From: a virus
Taxonomy: Duplodnaviria > Caudoviricetes
IMG/VR virus record: IMGVR_UViG_2870517152_000001
Location: 7,231-71,230 of that record
Length of the DNA stretch: 64,000 nt
Reading direction: 5' to 3' (one strand)
Part shown: one piece after another, positions 18,469-27,833 of the stretch
How the letters are laid out: the number at the start of each line of letters is the position of its first letter
Position numbering within the stretch: the first letter of the stretch is position 1
Program-made: the position numbers and the translations under genes
The notes under the pieces: generated by a model
Seen by the model: only the letters and a program-made list of their open reading frames with translations
Databases searched by the model: none
What the model was told of the DNA's origin: nothing

Positions 18469-21400
18469 TGGCGTACTCCTCCTTCTCCAGCTCACGGATC
18501 GCCTCGCGCAGCCGCTCGACCATCCGCCTGTAGCTCACCGGGCTGCTGGGATCAAGCACGCCCTGCACGATCAGGTTCTCCACGTTGAACACCCGTGCCC
18601 CAGCCGCAGCCACCGGCGACGCGCCAACCGGACCGCCGAACGAGCCCGCGAAGTCAGGCGCGCCCGTCGGCCCGGCCATCGCCGCCAACGGCACCTGCAA
18701 CCCTGCACCCAGCGTCGCGGCCCCGGCCGAGAGCACGCCGTCGAGCGCGCCCGTGACCGCTGCCTGCTGTTCCGCGATGCCGTCGGCCAAGCCGGTCATC
18801 ATCGACCGGCCGCTGAACAGCGTCCACCCCTTGCCGGAGAACGGACCTTCCTTGGCGGGCGAGGACGGGAACAGGTTGCGGATGTGGTTAAGGATCTCGC
18901 TCGCGGCGTTGTAGGCGGCCTGCCACATGCTGTACAAACCGTTGATCAGCCCCTGCATGATCGACCGGCCGGAGTTGTACAGCAGTCCACCCAGATCGCC
19001 GAGCGCCCGCTGGATCTGACCCGGCAGCGCAGCCACCGTGCCGAGCACGGAGCTGATGCCGCTGCCGACGGCGTTGCGGATGTTGTTCCAGGCGCCGGAG
19101 ACGAAGTTACGGGCGCCATCCCATGCCTGCTGCCAGTTGCCGCTGATCGCGTTGAGCGTGCCGGAAATCGTCTGCCGGATGTTGTCGACACGTTCAGATA
19201 CGGCGTTTCGGATATTGTTCCAGGCCGAGGTGACCTGGGAGAGGACGGATCCGAGCCAGCCGCCGATGAGGTTGGGCAGCGTACCGAACCAGGACACGAT
19301 GTCCTTGATCCAGGTGACGCCGTTGCGGAACCACGTGGTCATCGCGTTGATCAGATCCGGGATGATCGAATGCCCCACGAGCACGTCGTACAAGTGCTGG
19401 AAGATCGCGATGGCGTGCTCGATCAAGGGCGCGAAACTGGCGACGATCTGCGCCACAACCAGGCCCAGCCTGGTGAACTCCAAGCTGAGCTGGGTCAGCT
19501 CGGGAAGGATCGGCAGGATCGCCGGCAGTACCTGCTGGATGAGCTGCACCGCGAGATCGGTCAGCAGCGGAATCATCGGCTGCACCTGCCGTGCCAGCTC
19601 AGCGAACGCCGGGATCAACCCGTTGATCAGCGCCGGGATCAGGTTGAGCACCGGCGGAAGCAATTGGGAGATCAGCGCGGCGCCGATCTCACCAAATGCC
19701 TGGTAGATCGGCGCCATCAACGGGATCATGATGTTGAGCGCGTCCGAGATCGACCGCAGAGCAGGCTCCAGGGCCGCCCCCAACGCAGTGATGATCGGCC
19801 CCAACGCGGCGCCCAGATTGGTCAGCGCGCCGCCCAGGGTCTGAGCCAGAATCCCAGCCAGCTGGGCAATCACCGGCAGCAGCGGAGCCGCCGCGACCAG
19901 CACATCGGAGATGCCCTTGCCGAGTTGCAGCAGACCACGCTGCATCGCAGGGTCCGCGAAGGCTCTGCCCAGGTACTCAGCGACCGCAGTCAGCCCCGGC
20001 CCGAGAGCGGCCAGGGCAGGGCCGAGCGCGCGGACGGCGGCCGTCAAGGCCGGCGCCAGCGCCAGCGCGATCTGGGCGACCTGGGGGATGATCAGCGCCA
20101 GGGCGTCGCCGAGCGCGGCGAACACGTCACCGAGCGCCCGGCCGAGCGGATCAAGAGGGCCGATAGCAGCGACCATGCGGCCGAAGCCCTCGACCATCCT
20201 GACCAGCCCAGGCCCCAAGGCGGCTATCCCGGCGCCGAGCGCCTTGATAGCGTCGGCGAGCACCGGGCCAAGCGCGGTCGCCACCTTGGCCGCCTCGGGC
20301 GCGATAGCGGCCACCGCACCGCCCAGCGCAGACAGCACAGGCAGCAGCGCACGCCCGACCTCACTCAGCGCCTTGAAGATGGCGACAAGCGTGTCCTGGC
20401 CCTCGGCGCTCTTCACCCACGTGGCGAAGGCGTCGGCGAGCTGGCCGAGCACGCCGAGAGCGTCACCGCCGGCGGTGCGGGCGGCGTCCAGCATCCCGTC
20501 GAAGATGTCCCACAGGTCCTTGGCGAGGCCGCCGAGCTGCTTCAGCACGGCAAGTGCGCCGTCCATCCACGCCCACGCCTGGCCGCCGGCGGAGATGCGC
20601 GACATCCACGCGCCGAACCGGTTGAGCGAGTCTGTGAGCCCGCCGGACAGGCTGGCCAGCCACGACGAGCCGACCGTGCCCAGGTCGACGAAGCCGCGAA
20701 GCAGCGGCTCCAGCGCGCTGTGCAGTGCGCCGACGAGGGTGCGGGTGTTGCCGATGACCGTGTTGAACTGGCCGATGGTGCGGTCGGCAGTCGCGAAGTC
20801 GAGGACGGTGCGCACCATGCCGCCGAACTCGCGCGCCAGCCCGGCGATCGCCGGCTGCAAGGCGTTGGCTGAGCTCAGCCAACGCCCCATCTGGCCGAGG
20901 AGCGGTTCGAGGAACGCGTCCTGAGCTGCGGCCTTGAACCCTTGAAGGAGCGGGATGGCCTGCTGGAACTCGCCGATGAACGCCCGGCCGCTCTCGCTGA
21001 GCTTCCCGAGCGCCTGCTCCAGCTTCTTCGCGTCGCCCGACAGGGCGGCGCCCATGGCCTCGCCGAGCCCGCCCGTCGCGAGCTTCCACACGCCGAACGC
21101 CGCCGCACCGGACAAGGCGACGCCGGGCAGGGCCGCGAGCAGGCCGCCCAGCGGCGCGAGCTCGGCCGCGAGCGCCACCACGAACCCGGCCGCTGACGCC
21201 GCCGCAGCCCCCAGCCCTGCCACACCGGCGGCCCCAGCCCCCACCAGAGACAACGAAGACGCGGCACTGGCGAACGCCCCGCTCAGGCTCTTCGAAATGC
21301 CGAGCAGACCGCTCATCACCGAGCCGGACCGGTCAAGATCCGGGTTGAGCCGGGACCGGACCGCGGCGCTGAGCTTGTCCGTCTCCCGGCTCGCGTCAGC

Positions 21401-22075
21401 CTGCGCCTTCGCGTACGCCTGCGACACCTGCGCCGCCCGCTCAGAGACCTTGGCCTTCGCCAGCGCGGCGTTCGTCGCCGCGATCTCCGCCTTCTCCTGC
21501 TCCCGCGCAGCCTGAGCAGCCAAACGGGTCGCTTCCTCCTTGCTGAGCTCCCCCTTAGTGACCTGCTCGGCCGCCTCAGCCGCCTTCTTGCTCGCGGCCT
21601 CGGCCCGCTCGGCAGCTTCCTTCGCCGCCAGGCCCATGCGTCGCGCCGCTAGCTCCGCTTGCGCGAGCTGGAGCTTGAACTTGGCAATCGGGTCCAGCGC
21701 CTGCGAGAAGCCGGCACCGGCTTCCTTGCTCATGTGCTTGGCGAACTCGGCGCCGGCCGCCTTGCCGACCTGCTCGCCCAGCTTCTTGCCGACGGCGACG
21801 AACGGCGAGGCGTCGTCGCCGAACTTGACACCGCTGTCCTTCATCCGGTCGGCGAACTCGCGTCCGGCGGCGGCGCCGGCCTTGTCGCCGATCTGCTCGC
21901 CTTCGTCCTCGAAGACGCCCCGCTCGGCCTTCAACCGTGCGGACGCATCGCGGGCGAACTGCTTGCCGAAGTCGTCGCCGACGCCCTCGAAGCCCTTCTG
22001 GACGTCGTCCTTGAACTTGTCGGTGAGGGCGCGGACGCGTACGAATGCCTCTGCGAGCGGGGTGCCGGGCATCAT
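18461..22075 (-). CDS. Tape measure protein
   Basis: 1204 aa, Ala/Gly/Leu-rich amphipathic helices and W-spaced repeats; follows the tail chaperone. Confidence 0.93.
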   Translation of the reverse strand: MMPGTPLAEAFVRVRALTDKFKDDVQKGFEGVGDDFGKQFARDASARLKAERGVFEDEGEQIGDKAGAAAGREFADRMKDSGVKFGDDASPFVAVGKKLGEQVGKAAGAEFAKHMSKEAGAGFSQALDPIAKFKLQLAQAELAARRMGLAAKEAAERAEAASKKAAEAAEQVTKGELSKEEATRLAAQAAREQEKAEIAATNAALAKAKVSERAAQVSQAYAKAQADASRETDKLSAAVRSRLNPDLDRSGSVMSGLLGISKSLSGAFASAASSLSLVGAGAAGVAGLGAAAASAAGFVVALAAELAPLGGLLAALPGVALSGAAAFGVWKLATGGLGEAMGAALSGDAKKLEQALGKLSESGRAFIGEFQQAIPLLQGFKAAAQDAFLEPLLGQMGRWLSSANALQPAIAGLAREFGGMVRTVLDFATADRTIGQFNTVIGNTRTLVGALHSALEPLLRGFVDLGTVGSSWLASLSGGLTDSLNRFGAWMSRISAGGQAWAWMDGALAVLKQLGGLAKDLWDIFDGMLDAARTAGGDALGVLGQLADAFATWVKSAEGQDTLVAIFKALSEVGRALLPVLSALGGAVAAIAPEAAKVATALGPVLADAIKALGAGIAALGPGLVRMVEGFGRMVAAIGPLDPLGRALGDVFAALGDALALIIPQVAQIALALAPALTAAVRALGPALAALGPGLTAVAEYLGRAFADPAMQRGLLQLGKGISDVLVAAAPLLPVIAQLAGILAQTLGGALTNLGAALGPIITALGAALEPALRSISDALNIMIPLMAPIYQAFGEIGAALISQLLPPVLNLIPALINGLIPAFAELARQVQPMIPLLTDLAVQLIQQVLPAILPILPELTQLSLEFTRLGLVVAQIVASFAPLIEHAIAIFQHLYDVLVGHSIIPDLINAMTTWFRNGVTWIKDIVSWFGTLPNLIGGWLGSVLSQVTSAWNNIRNAVSERVDNIRQTISGTLNAISGNWQQAWDGARNFVSGAWNNIRNAVGSGISSVLGTVAALPGQIQRALGDLGGLLYNSGRSIMQGLINGLYSMWQAAYNAASEILNHIRNLFPSSPAKEGPFSGKGWTLFSGRSMMTGLADGIAEQQAAVTGALDGVLSAGAATLGAGLQVPLAAMAGPTGAPDFAGSFGGPVGASPVAAAGARVFNVENLIVQGVLDPSSPVSYRRMVERLREAIRELEKEEYANG

Positions 22076-22105
22076 GCACCCCCCGCCGGTTGTCTGGTGC
22101 TGTGG

Positions 22106-22821
22106 TTATCCGGCGGCGGCGAAGCGGGCGATCAGGAGCCTGCGCGCCTCGCGCTCCTCCGGCGTGCGCGGGCGGCGCGGTGCCGGTGGGGGCGGCGGCG
22201 AAAACGCCTCGTCGAACGCCTGGTGGGCGTCGCGTTCGACCTTGTCGGCGATGCCCGCGAGGGCGAGTAGCGCGGTGCTCTGGACGGTCTGCTCACGCCA
22301 CTCGATCCACAGCGCGTGGACGAAATCGAGCTGGTCGCGTAGCGGGAGATCTTCTAGCCGTAGGAGACCACTCGCCGGATCTCCGGCTCCGCGGTCGCCT
22401 CCTCCGCTGGCTTCTCCTCGACGGTGCCCCGCTGCAAGGAAACGACCCGAGCAGTACCCCCACCTTCCGGCGGCCCATCGGGCGAGTCCGAGGGCCGCTC
22501 CGTAGGGCGGCCGGCCTCCTCGCTCGCCTCCGCCATGGTGCCCGCGATGATCTCCACCAGGAGGCTGCCGTCCACGTCGTGCTCGCGGCAGTGACGGCGG
22601 AACCGGGCGTACTCGGCCGGGCCGAGCAGGCTGCGGTAGATGTCGGCCAGGATGCCGATGCCCTCCGGGCTGCCGTCGTCGAACCCCTCGGCGGCCAGCC
22701 TGGCGAACTCGCTGAGGTCCATGAGCGAGACAGTGCCCTCGCCCTCGAAGACCTCGCCGTCGAGCTCGAACTTGGGGCGGACGCGATCAGTCTTGCGGCC
22801 CTTGCTGGTGTAGGAACGCAT
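22106..22821 (-). CDS. Tail assembly chaperone, long form via predicted -1 frameshift near 22503-22510
   Basis: The -1 frame is open from CGC CCT ACG to TAA at 22106-22108 and encodes PYGAALGLARWAAGRW...LEDLPLRDQLDFVHALW. Confidence 0.65.
22354..22821 (-). CDS. Tail assembly chaperone, short form
   Basis: Between the major tail and tape measure genes; TGATG coupling. Confidence 0.8.
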   Translation of the reverse strand: MRSYTSKGRKTDRVRPKFELDGEVFEGEGTVSLMDLSEFARLAAEGFDDGSPEGIGILADIYRSLLGPAEYARFRRHCREHDVDGSLLVEIIAGTMAEASEEAGRPTERPSDSPDGPPEGGGTARVVSLQRGTVEEKPAEEATAEPEIRRVVSYG

Positions 22822-23375
22822 CAGGCGGCCCTCGCCTCATCGAAGATGACCTTGAACAGCTTCGCGGCGGCGGGCTTCTCCAGCTTGAACTCACACGGAA
22901 TGACGGCCTTCTCTGCCCCCTTGCGGCGGGCGATGTCCAGGCCACCGGTCTGCAGCGCCTTCCTGTAGATCCACCGCTCCTCGCCATCCTCGGACTCCCA
23001 GCCGAGCATGACGCGGACCTCTTCGCCCAGGTCCGGCGGCTCGAAGGTGACGATCCCGGTCCCGGCGACGATGCTGCCGCCGTTCAGGGCGCGCTGCATG
23101 TTCTTGGCCGTCATCTCGGCCAGCGCGAACGCCAGAGCGCCTTCGCGCGCGGTGAGTGCCACCGCGATCGGATCGAGTTCCTCGGCGACGTTCACGGTCT
23201 CCGAGTCCACGGAGTACGTGAAATTGCTTCCCTCGTCGGTGTAACCGAGCGGCACCCACGCGACGGAGACGGTCTCCCATGGCGTGGTCAGGTCGGTCGG
23301 CTCGGTGGTGCCGAGCGGCGCGATGAACAGTCTGCCGGGGCCGAGCGCGATCGCGTTCGGGTTTCCACGAGCCAT
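22821..23375 (-). CDS. Major tail (tube) protein
   Basis: LGPGRLFIAP...W..LGYTDEG signature typical of actinophage tail tube proteins. Confidence 0.85.
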   Translation of the reverse strand: MARGNPNAIALGPGRLFIAPLGTTEPTDLTTPWETVSVAWVPLGYTDEGSNFTYSVDSETVNVAEELDPIAVALTAREGALAFALAEMTAKNMQRALNGGSIVAGTGIVTFEPPDLGEEVRVMLGWESEDGEERWIYRKALQTGGLDIARRKGAEKAVIPCEFKLEKPAAAKLFKVIFDEARAA

Positions 23376-23650
23376 CAGGCGTCACCCTTTCCGGTGGTGG
23401 TGGCCTGGCCGTTCTCGGTCTCAGGCTCGCTTTGGGTCTGGTCAGCGGCCTCGTAGCCATCGGGAAGGCGCACCTTGTCGCGCCAGCCGTACTGCTCGAC
23501 GTGCTCTACCGGGACGAGGTCGCCGACGTTGTGGGCGCGTCCGAACTTGCCGATGAACAGCGGCGCGGCGGCGATGTAGTACGGCGGCGCGGCCGGAGCA
23601 GAAGCCGGAGCTGGGGTGGGCGACTTGTCGTCGCGGCGGGCGGCCATCAT
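23375..23650 (-). CDS. Hypothetical virion-region protein
   Basis: Coupled overlaps on both sides. Confidence 0.6.
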   Translation of the reverse strand: MMAARRDDKSPTPAPASAPAAPPYYIAAAPLFIGKFGRAHNVGDLVPVEHVEQYGWRDKVRLPDGYEAADQTQSEPETENGQATTTGKGDA

Positions 23651-23976
23651 GACGCGTACTTGAAGCAGCCGATGGTCACCGAAGCGGCGTCCGGCGTGTA
23701 CGTCAGGTCGCACCGGCCGTCAGCCTTCGCGAAGATCCTCGGTACGGGGATCTGCCACCGCTCCCCAGCGGGGATCGTCACGGACCGGTCGCCGATCGGC
23801 AGGCCCTGGACGGTGCCCGGCGTCGCCAGGACGACCGTGCGGGCCGCCGCGTTGCCGTTGAGGACCTCCAGGAAGATCTCGTCACCGGCCGGGCACGTGT
23901 CGCCGCCGCCGGACGCGGCGGCGAGCGTGATCGCCCCGCCTCCCGGTTGCATCACCTGCAGGGGTAGAGCCGCCAT
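23647..23976 (-). CDS. Small beta-rich structural protein
   Basis: GGAGG RBS; beta-strand pattern; in the neck/tail block. Confidence 0.6.
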   Translation of the reverse strand: MAALPLQVMQPGGGAITLAAASGGGDTCPAGDEIFLEVLNGNAAARTVVLATPGTVQGLPIGDRSVTIPAGERWQIPVPRIFAKADGRCDLTYTPDAASVTIGCFKYAS

Positions 23977-24001
23977 CAGGAACCTCCAGGTCAGGGCGGG
24001 A

Positions 24002-24424
24002 TCAGTAGATGAAGAAGGTCGCGTCGACGAGGTACTGCCACTGCTCTCGGTCGGAGTCGTGGTTGTCGACCAGCAGCGGCCCGACCACGTCGTCCGCGGC
24101 CAGGCACCGGCGGTCGCCCATCACCGCGGGCGCGCCGGACAGCGCGGTGAGCGTGTTGGCATAGGCGACCGCGGCGAGCTCGGCCGCCTCGTCGGTGCCG
24201 GCGTAGATCGACGCGGAGATGCGGGGGCTGTCGATGAGGTCCTCGGCGACCAGGTCGCTGGCGCGGCCGATGCGGGACAGCAGCAGGTAGGCGCCCTGTC
24301 CCGGGGATCGGGGGTGGGTGCGGAGCACGCCGAGTGGGATCGGGCGGCCTGGGCCGACGAGCGTGGTGGTGAGGCTGTTGAGCCAGGCGCGGACGATGGT
24401 GACCGCGGCGACGTAGCCGGCCAT
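24002..24424 (-). CDS. Tail terminator / tail completion protein
   Basis: Position after the HK97 gp10-like gene; 140 aa alpha/beta pattern. Confidence 0.65.
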   Translation of the reverse strand: MAGYVAAVTIVRAWLNSLTTTLVGPGRPIPLGVLRTHPRSPGQGAYLLLSRIGRASDLVAEDLIDSPRISASIYAGTDEAAELAAVAYANTLTALSGAPAVMGDRRCLAADDVVGPLLVDNHDSDREQWQYLVDATFFIY

Positions 24425-24867
24425 CAGGCGCCTCGCAGGTCTTCGAGGGCGGGCCGCAGGTGGGGCTGGGCGCGGGTGCCGGGGTGGTTGACCTTCTTCG
24501 CGAAGTGCACCTTGCCGTCGGAGCCAACCCAGCGCAGCCAGCCGTTCGGATTACGCGGCCGGATCACGTGCGGCCGTGTGCCCACTTCGAGGAACAGGCC
24601 AAGCGGCTCACCTTGTCGGGTGCGGGCGGGGCTGGAGATGTCCCGGTACTGGCCGAGCGGGTCGCGTCCACGGTCCCATCGGATCTTGGACTTGGTGTAG
24701 CCGGGCGGGCGGCCGTCGGATCCGTTCGCGGAGACGGGGGCGCGGCGTTGCGCTCCGCGCTTCACCTTCTCTCCGAGGATGTCCAGGTGACGGCCGACCG
24801 GGCCTTCGTAGGACTCGAGCAGCCGGAACAGCTCGGCCTCGTTCCACACCCAACGGATGTCGGCCAC
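24424..24867 (-). CDS. HK97 gp10-like neck protein
   Basis: AQRRAPV...LEVGTRPHVIRP...VNHPGT..QPHLRPAL signature. Confidence 0.8.
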   Translation of the reverse strand: MADIRWVWNEAELFRLLESYEGPVGRHLDILGEKVKRGAQRRAPVSANGSDGRPPGYTKSKIRWDRGRDPLGQYRDISSPARTRQGEPLGLFLEVGTRPHVIRPRNPNGWLRWVGSDGKVHFAKKVNHPGTRAQPHLRPALEDLRGA

Positions 24868-24876
24868 GATCGCCTC

Positions 24877-25323
24877 CTACAGCGGGTAGTCGCCGTGCCG
24901 GGGCGGGTCAGGGAATGCCCAGACGGGCATGAGCGCGCCCTCCGGCCCGGAGCCTGCGTCGTTGACGGCGTCGATCAGCCGCTGCAGTGCCGCGATGGCC
25001 CGGGCGTTGAGCTGCTCGTACACGTTGACGTCGGCCTGCCGGTCCGGGTAGGCGAGCTCGATCGAGGCTGCCGCGCGGAGCGCTGCCGCTTCGGATGCGA
25101 GCGTGGCCAGGTGAGGCGGCGCGGCAGGGATGGTGCCGCCGACCGCGGCGAGCACCTCGGCCACGGCCGCGGTGATCTGCCGGTTGGCCTGCTCGGCGGT
25201 GGGCGTGGTCTGCCCGTTGAAGGTCCCGAGCAGGGTGTCTGTGCCGGGGGGCTCTGTGGGGCGGGTGCGGGTGGGGATGTGGTCGGCCACCTGCTCCAGC
25301 GTGGGCGTCCACGACTCAGCCAC
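24877..25323 (-). CDS. Head-to-tail adaptor
   Basis: GAGGAGG RBS then GTG 25323; helical 148 aa in the adaptor position. Confidence 0.65.
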   Translation of the reverse strand: MAESWTPTLEQVADHIPTRTRPTEPPGTDTLLGTFNGQTTPTAEQANRQITAAVAEVLAAVGGTIPAAPPHLATLASEAAALRAAASIELAYPDRQADVNVYEQLNARAIAALQRLIDAVNDAGSGPEGALMPVWAFPDPPRHGDYPL

Positions 25324-25393
25324 GGCAGCCTCCTCGGTTGGCGGGGGTGGCCCGGCGGGCGGGTGCGGGGGGTCGCGCCGGCCGGGCCACGAC

Positions 25394-26050
25394 TCAGGCC
25401 GCCTTGATGACCTGGGCGCCCCAGGTCGCAGCGGGCGGATCAATCGGCGCGGCCATGACGTTGACCAGCCGCACGGTGACCGTGTTCGCCGCCGACACCC
25501 GGCCCGCCCACACCAGCCCGGCATCCGGGGCCGCAGGCGGGGCGAGCACGACCGCGTCACCCACCGCCGCACCGGTGACCGTGATGGTCAGTTCGAGCTG
25601 ACCGGCCGCCGCGATGGAGCCGAAGTTGAGGTTGGCGCTGCCGAACAGCGTCGTAGCCGGGGCAGCCCCGCCTGCAGCCACACCGCCAAGCACCTGGACC
25701 TTCGCGCCGGCCGCGGCCGAGGTGAGCGCCGAGCCGACGCGCATCGCGCTGCCCGACAGCGGCAGGACCTCGCCCGCGCTGGCGCCGACCTTCAGCGCCT
25801 GCCCGGCCGTGACGCCGCCCGCCCCCGCGACGAGCTCGTGCACGAGACCCGCGAGCGGGTGCACGGTCACGCGAGCGCCGTTGGGCGTGTCGTGCGCGGC
25901 GACACCGACCACGCGCTGGCTGTCGGCCGCTGCCGGCCCTACCGAGCCGCTGCCCGTCACCTCGACCAGCTGGCCGCCGGTGATGCTGGCGGACGCGGTC
26001 GAAGTCCAGGGCAGCTGGTTGACCGTCTGGAGCGGCGTGTAGTCGGCCAC
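25394..26050 (-). CDS. Capsid decoration (DUF2190-like) paralogue with C-terminal extension
   Basis: First ~120 aa closely match 27450-27824; extra ~95-aa beta domain. Confidence 0.7.
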   Translation of the reverse strand: MADYTPLQTVNQLPWTSTASASITGGQLVEVTGSGSVGPAAADSQRVVGVAAHDTPNGARVTVHPLAGLVHELVAGAGGVTAGQALKVGASAGEVLPLSGSAMRVGSALTSAAAGAKVQVLGGVAAGGAAPATTLFGSANLNFGSIAAAGQLELTITVTGAAVGDAVVLAPPAAPDAGLVWAGRVSAANTVTVRLVNVMAAPIDPPAATWGAQVIKAA

Positions 26051-26053
26051 CGA

Positions 26054-26446
26054 TCAGTCCTCGCGCAGCGCGGCGATGAGGTCGTCCCGCTTCATCGAGG
26101 CGGCCTCGGCCCGGTCCATGCCGCGGGCGACCGCGTAGTCCACCCACTCCTGCTTGCCGGAGCCGGGACCGGACTCGGGCGGCGCCGTCAGGCCGTCGCC
26201 GTCGCCCTGCGGCTCCTCCCGCTTCTCCGGCTCCTTGACCACGGGCGCAGGAGCCGGCGCCGGGGCGGGCGCGGCGAAGCTGGCCACCTTCTCGATCAGC
26301 TTCTTACGCAGGTGCCGATCCACCCACTCGCGGGGCGCGTCGTCGGGGACGAAAGCTCCCTTGAGCAGACCGATCACCTGCTGGCCGCGCCGCGTCGTGG
26401 TGGGCACCGTCACGTACGGCGCCACCACCTGATAGCGATCCACCAC
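26054..26446 (-). CDS. Head-region protein with C-terminal KQEWVDYA...KRDDLI motif
   Basis: AAGGAGG RBS then GTG; follows the capsid gene. Confidence 0.65.
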   Translation of the reverse strand: MVDRYQVVAPYVTVPTTTRRGQQVIGLLKGAFVPDDAPREWVDRHLRKKLIEKVASFAAPAPAPAPAPVVKEPEKREEPQGDGDGLTAPPESGPGSGKQEWVDYAVARGMDRAEAASMKRDDLIAALRED

Positions 26447-26454
26447 CAGCCTCC

Positions 26455-27384
26455 TTAGACGCCGGTGTTGGTGAGCTCGACCGCGGCGCCGGGCTCCTGC
26501 ACGACCGGCACCGTCAGGCGGCGGCCCTGCAGATCCCACTTGTCGGCGGTGTCGACCCGGATGGACTTGACCTGTACCTGCAGGTCGGAGACGGCGTAGC
26601 CGGGGCTGGACTCCTGCTCGTCGGCCATGCCGCCGAGCTGCGTGGAGTCGAGCACGAGCGGCGTGGTGATCGACGGGGAGACGACGATGCGCAGCCCGGC
26701 GATGACTTCGATCTCGCCGCTGTAGACGGGGCTGTCGAGCGTCTCGCGACGCAGCGCATTCGTGATCTTGTCGTCGCTCATGACGGTCGCGTACTGCGCG
26801 TCGTTCAGCGCCAGCGTGTCCGGCATGTAGCCGAGGTTCTGGCCCACGACGATGGCCTTGGCCTTGAGGATGTCGCGCAGGATCGTCGGGCTGGCGGCCG
26901 TCCATGCGACGCCACCGCTCCCGGTGACATCGAAGGTGTTCGTCACCGCCGACGCGATAGCCGACATGGTGACCCCGTCGACGGTCTTGATGATGCTGTT
27001 GACGACCTTGCGCAGCGCCCGGTCGACGGCGGCGCCGCCGTACACGTTGCGGGTGATCTCCTCATCGGTGATGGGCACCTTCTGGCCCCACTTGCTGACG
27101 GAGGCGATGGCGGCGGTGCCGGTCGGCAGGTTCGCTGAGGGGTACTCCGAGCCCGCGCTGACGGCGGTGACGGAGCGGTCGGTGACGAACGGCTCCGACA
27201 TCTCGTACAGGACCGCGCCGCCGTTCGTCCTGAACCGCTGCGTCAGCAGCTGGTCCGAAACGAACCGCAGGTCGCGGTAGTTGCGGAGCCGGCGCTGGAT
27301 GGCGGTCGGGTTGGCGAGGAACCGGCTGATCGTCTCCAGATCGCCGCTCAGGGTCGGCGGGCCGGCCGGGTAGCTTCCAGGCAT
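26455..27384 (-). CDS. Major capsid protein
   Basis: AAGGAG RBS; 309 aa after protease and decoration genes; V.AGSEYP and KWGQK...ITDE HK97-fold-like motifs. Confidence 0.85.
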   Translation of the reverse strand: MPGSYPAGPPTLSGDLETISRFLANPTAIQRRLRNYRDLRFVSDQLLTQRFRTNGGAVLYEMSEPFVTDRSVTAVSAGSEYPSANLPTGTAAIASVSKWGQKVPITDEEITRNVYGGAAVDRALRKVVNSIIKTVDGVTMSAIASAVTNTFDVTGSGGVAWTAASPTILRDILKAKAIVVGQNLGYMPDTLALNDAQYATVMSDDKITNALRRETLDSPVYSGEIEVIAGLRIVVSPSITTPLVLDSTQLGGMADEQESSPGYAVSDLQVQVKSIRVDTADKWDLQGRRLTVPVVQEPGAAVELTNTGV

Positions 27385-27449
27385 CTGCCTGTCTCCTTAC
27401 ATGGAAAACCCCCGACCAGCGGGGGTGGGTTTCTGGGGTGATGCCTGGC

Positions 27450-27824
27450 CTACCGGCCGAGGACCTGGACCTTCGACGCCGCGGCGGCGGTGGTGAGGGC
27501 GATGCCGACCCGCAGGTCGAACGTGCCGGCGCCGAGCGGCAGCACGGCGTTGGCGGCGGTGCCGACCTTGACGGCCGCGCCGGCGGTGATGCCGCCCGTG
27601 CCGGCCACCATCTCGTGGATGACGCCGACGAGCGGGTGCACGGTGACGACCGCGCCGGAGGCGGCGTCGTGAGCGGCTACGCCGACGACGTTGGCCGAGT
27701 CCGCTGCACTGGGGGCGATGGTGCCGTTGCCCGAGACGCTGACGAACTGGCCGCCCGTGATGGCAGCCGACGCCGTGCTGGTGAAGGGCAGCTGGCCCCT
27801 GGTGTAGATGGGCGTGTAGTCCAT
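27450..27824 (-). CDS. Capsid decoration / cement protein (DUF2190-like)
   Basis: Small Gly/Ala-rich VGVAAHDA motif protein between scaffold and capsid. Confidence 0.75.
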   Translation of the reverse strand: MDYTPIYTRGQLPFTSTASAAITGGQFVSVSGNGTIAPSAADSANVVGVAAHDAASGAVVTVHPLVGVIHEMVAGTGGITAGAAVKVGTAANAVLPLGAGTFDLRVGIALTTAAAASKVQVLGR

Positions 27825-27833
27825 CGCTGGCCC

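Noticed and set aside
18416-20872. 818-aa plus-strand ORF
   Set aside because: Antisense shadow of the tape measure gene in high-GC DNA; no motifs.
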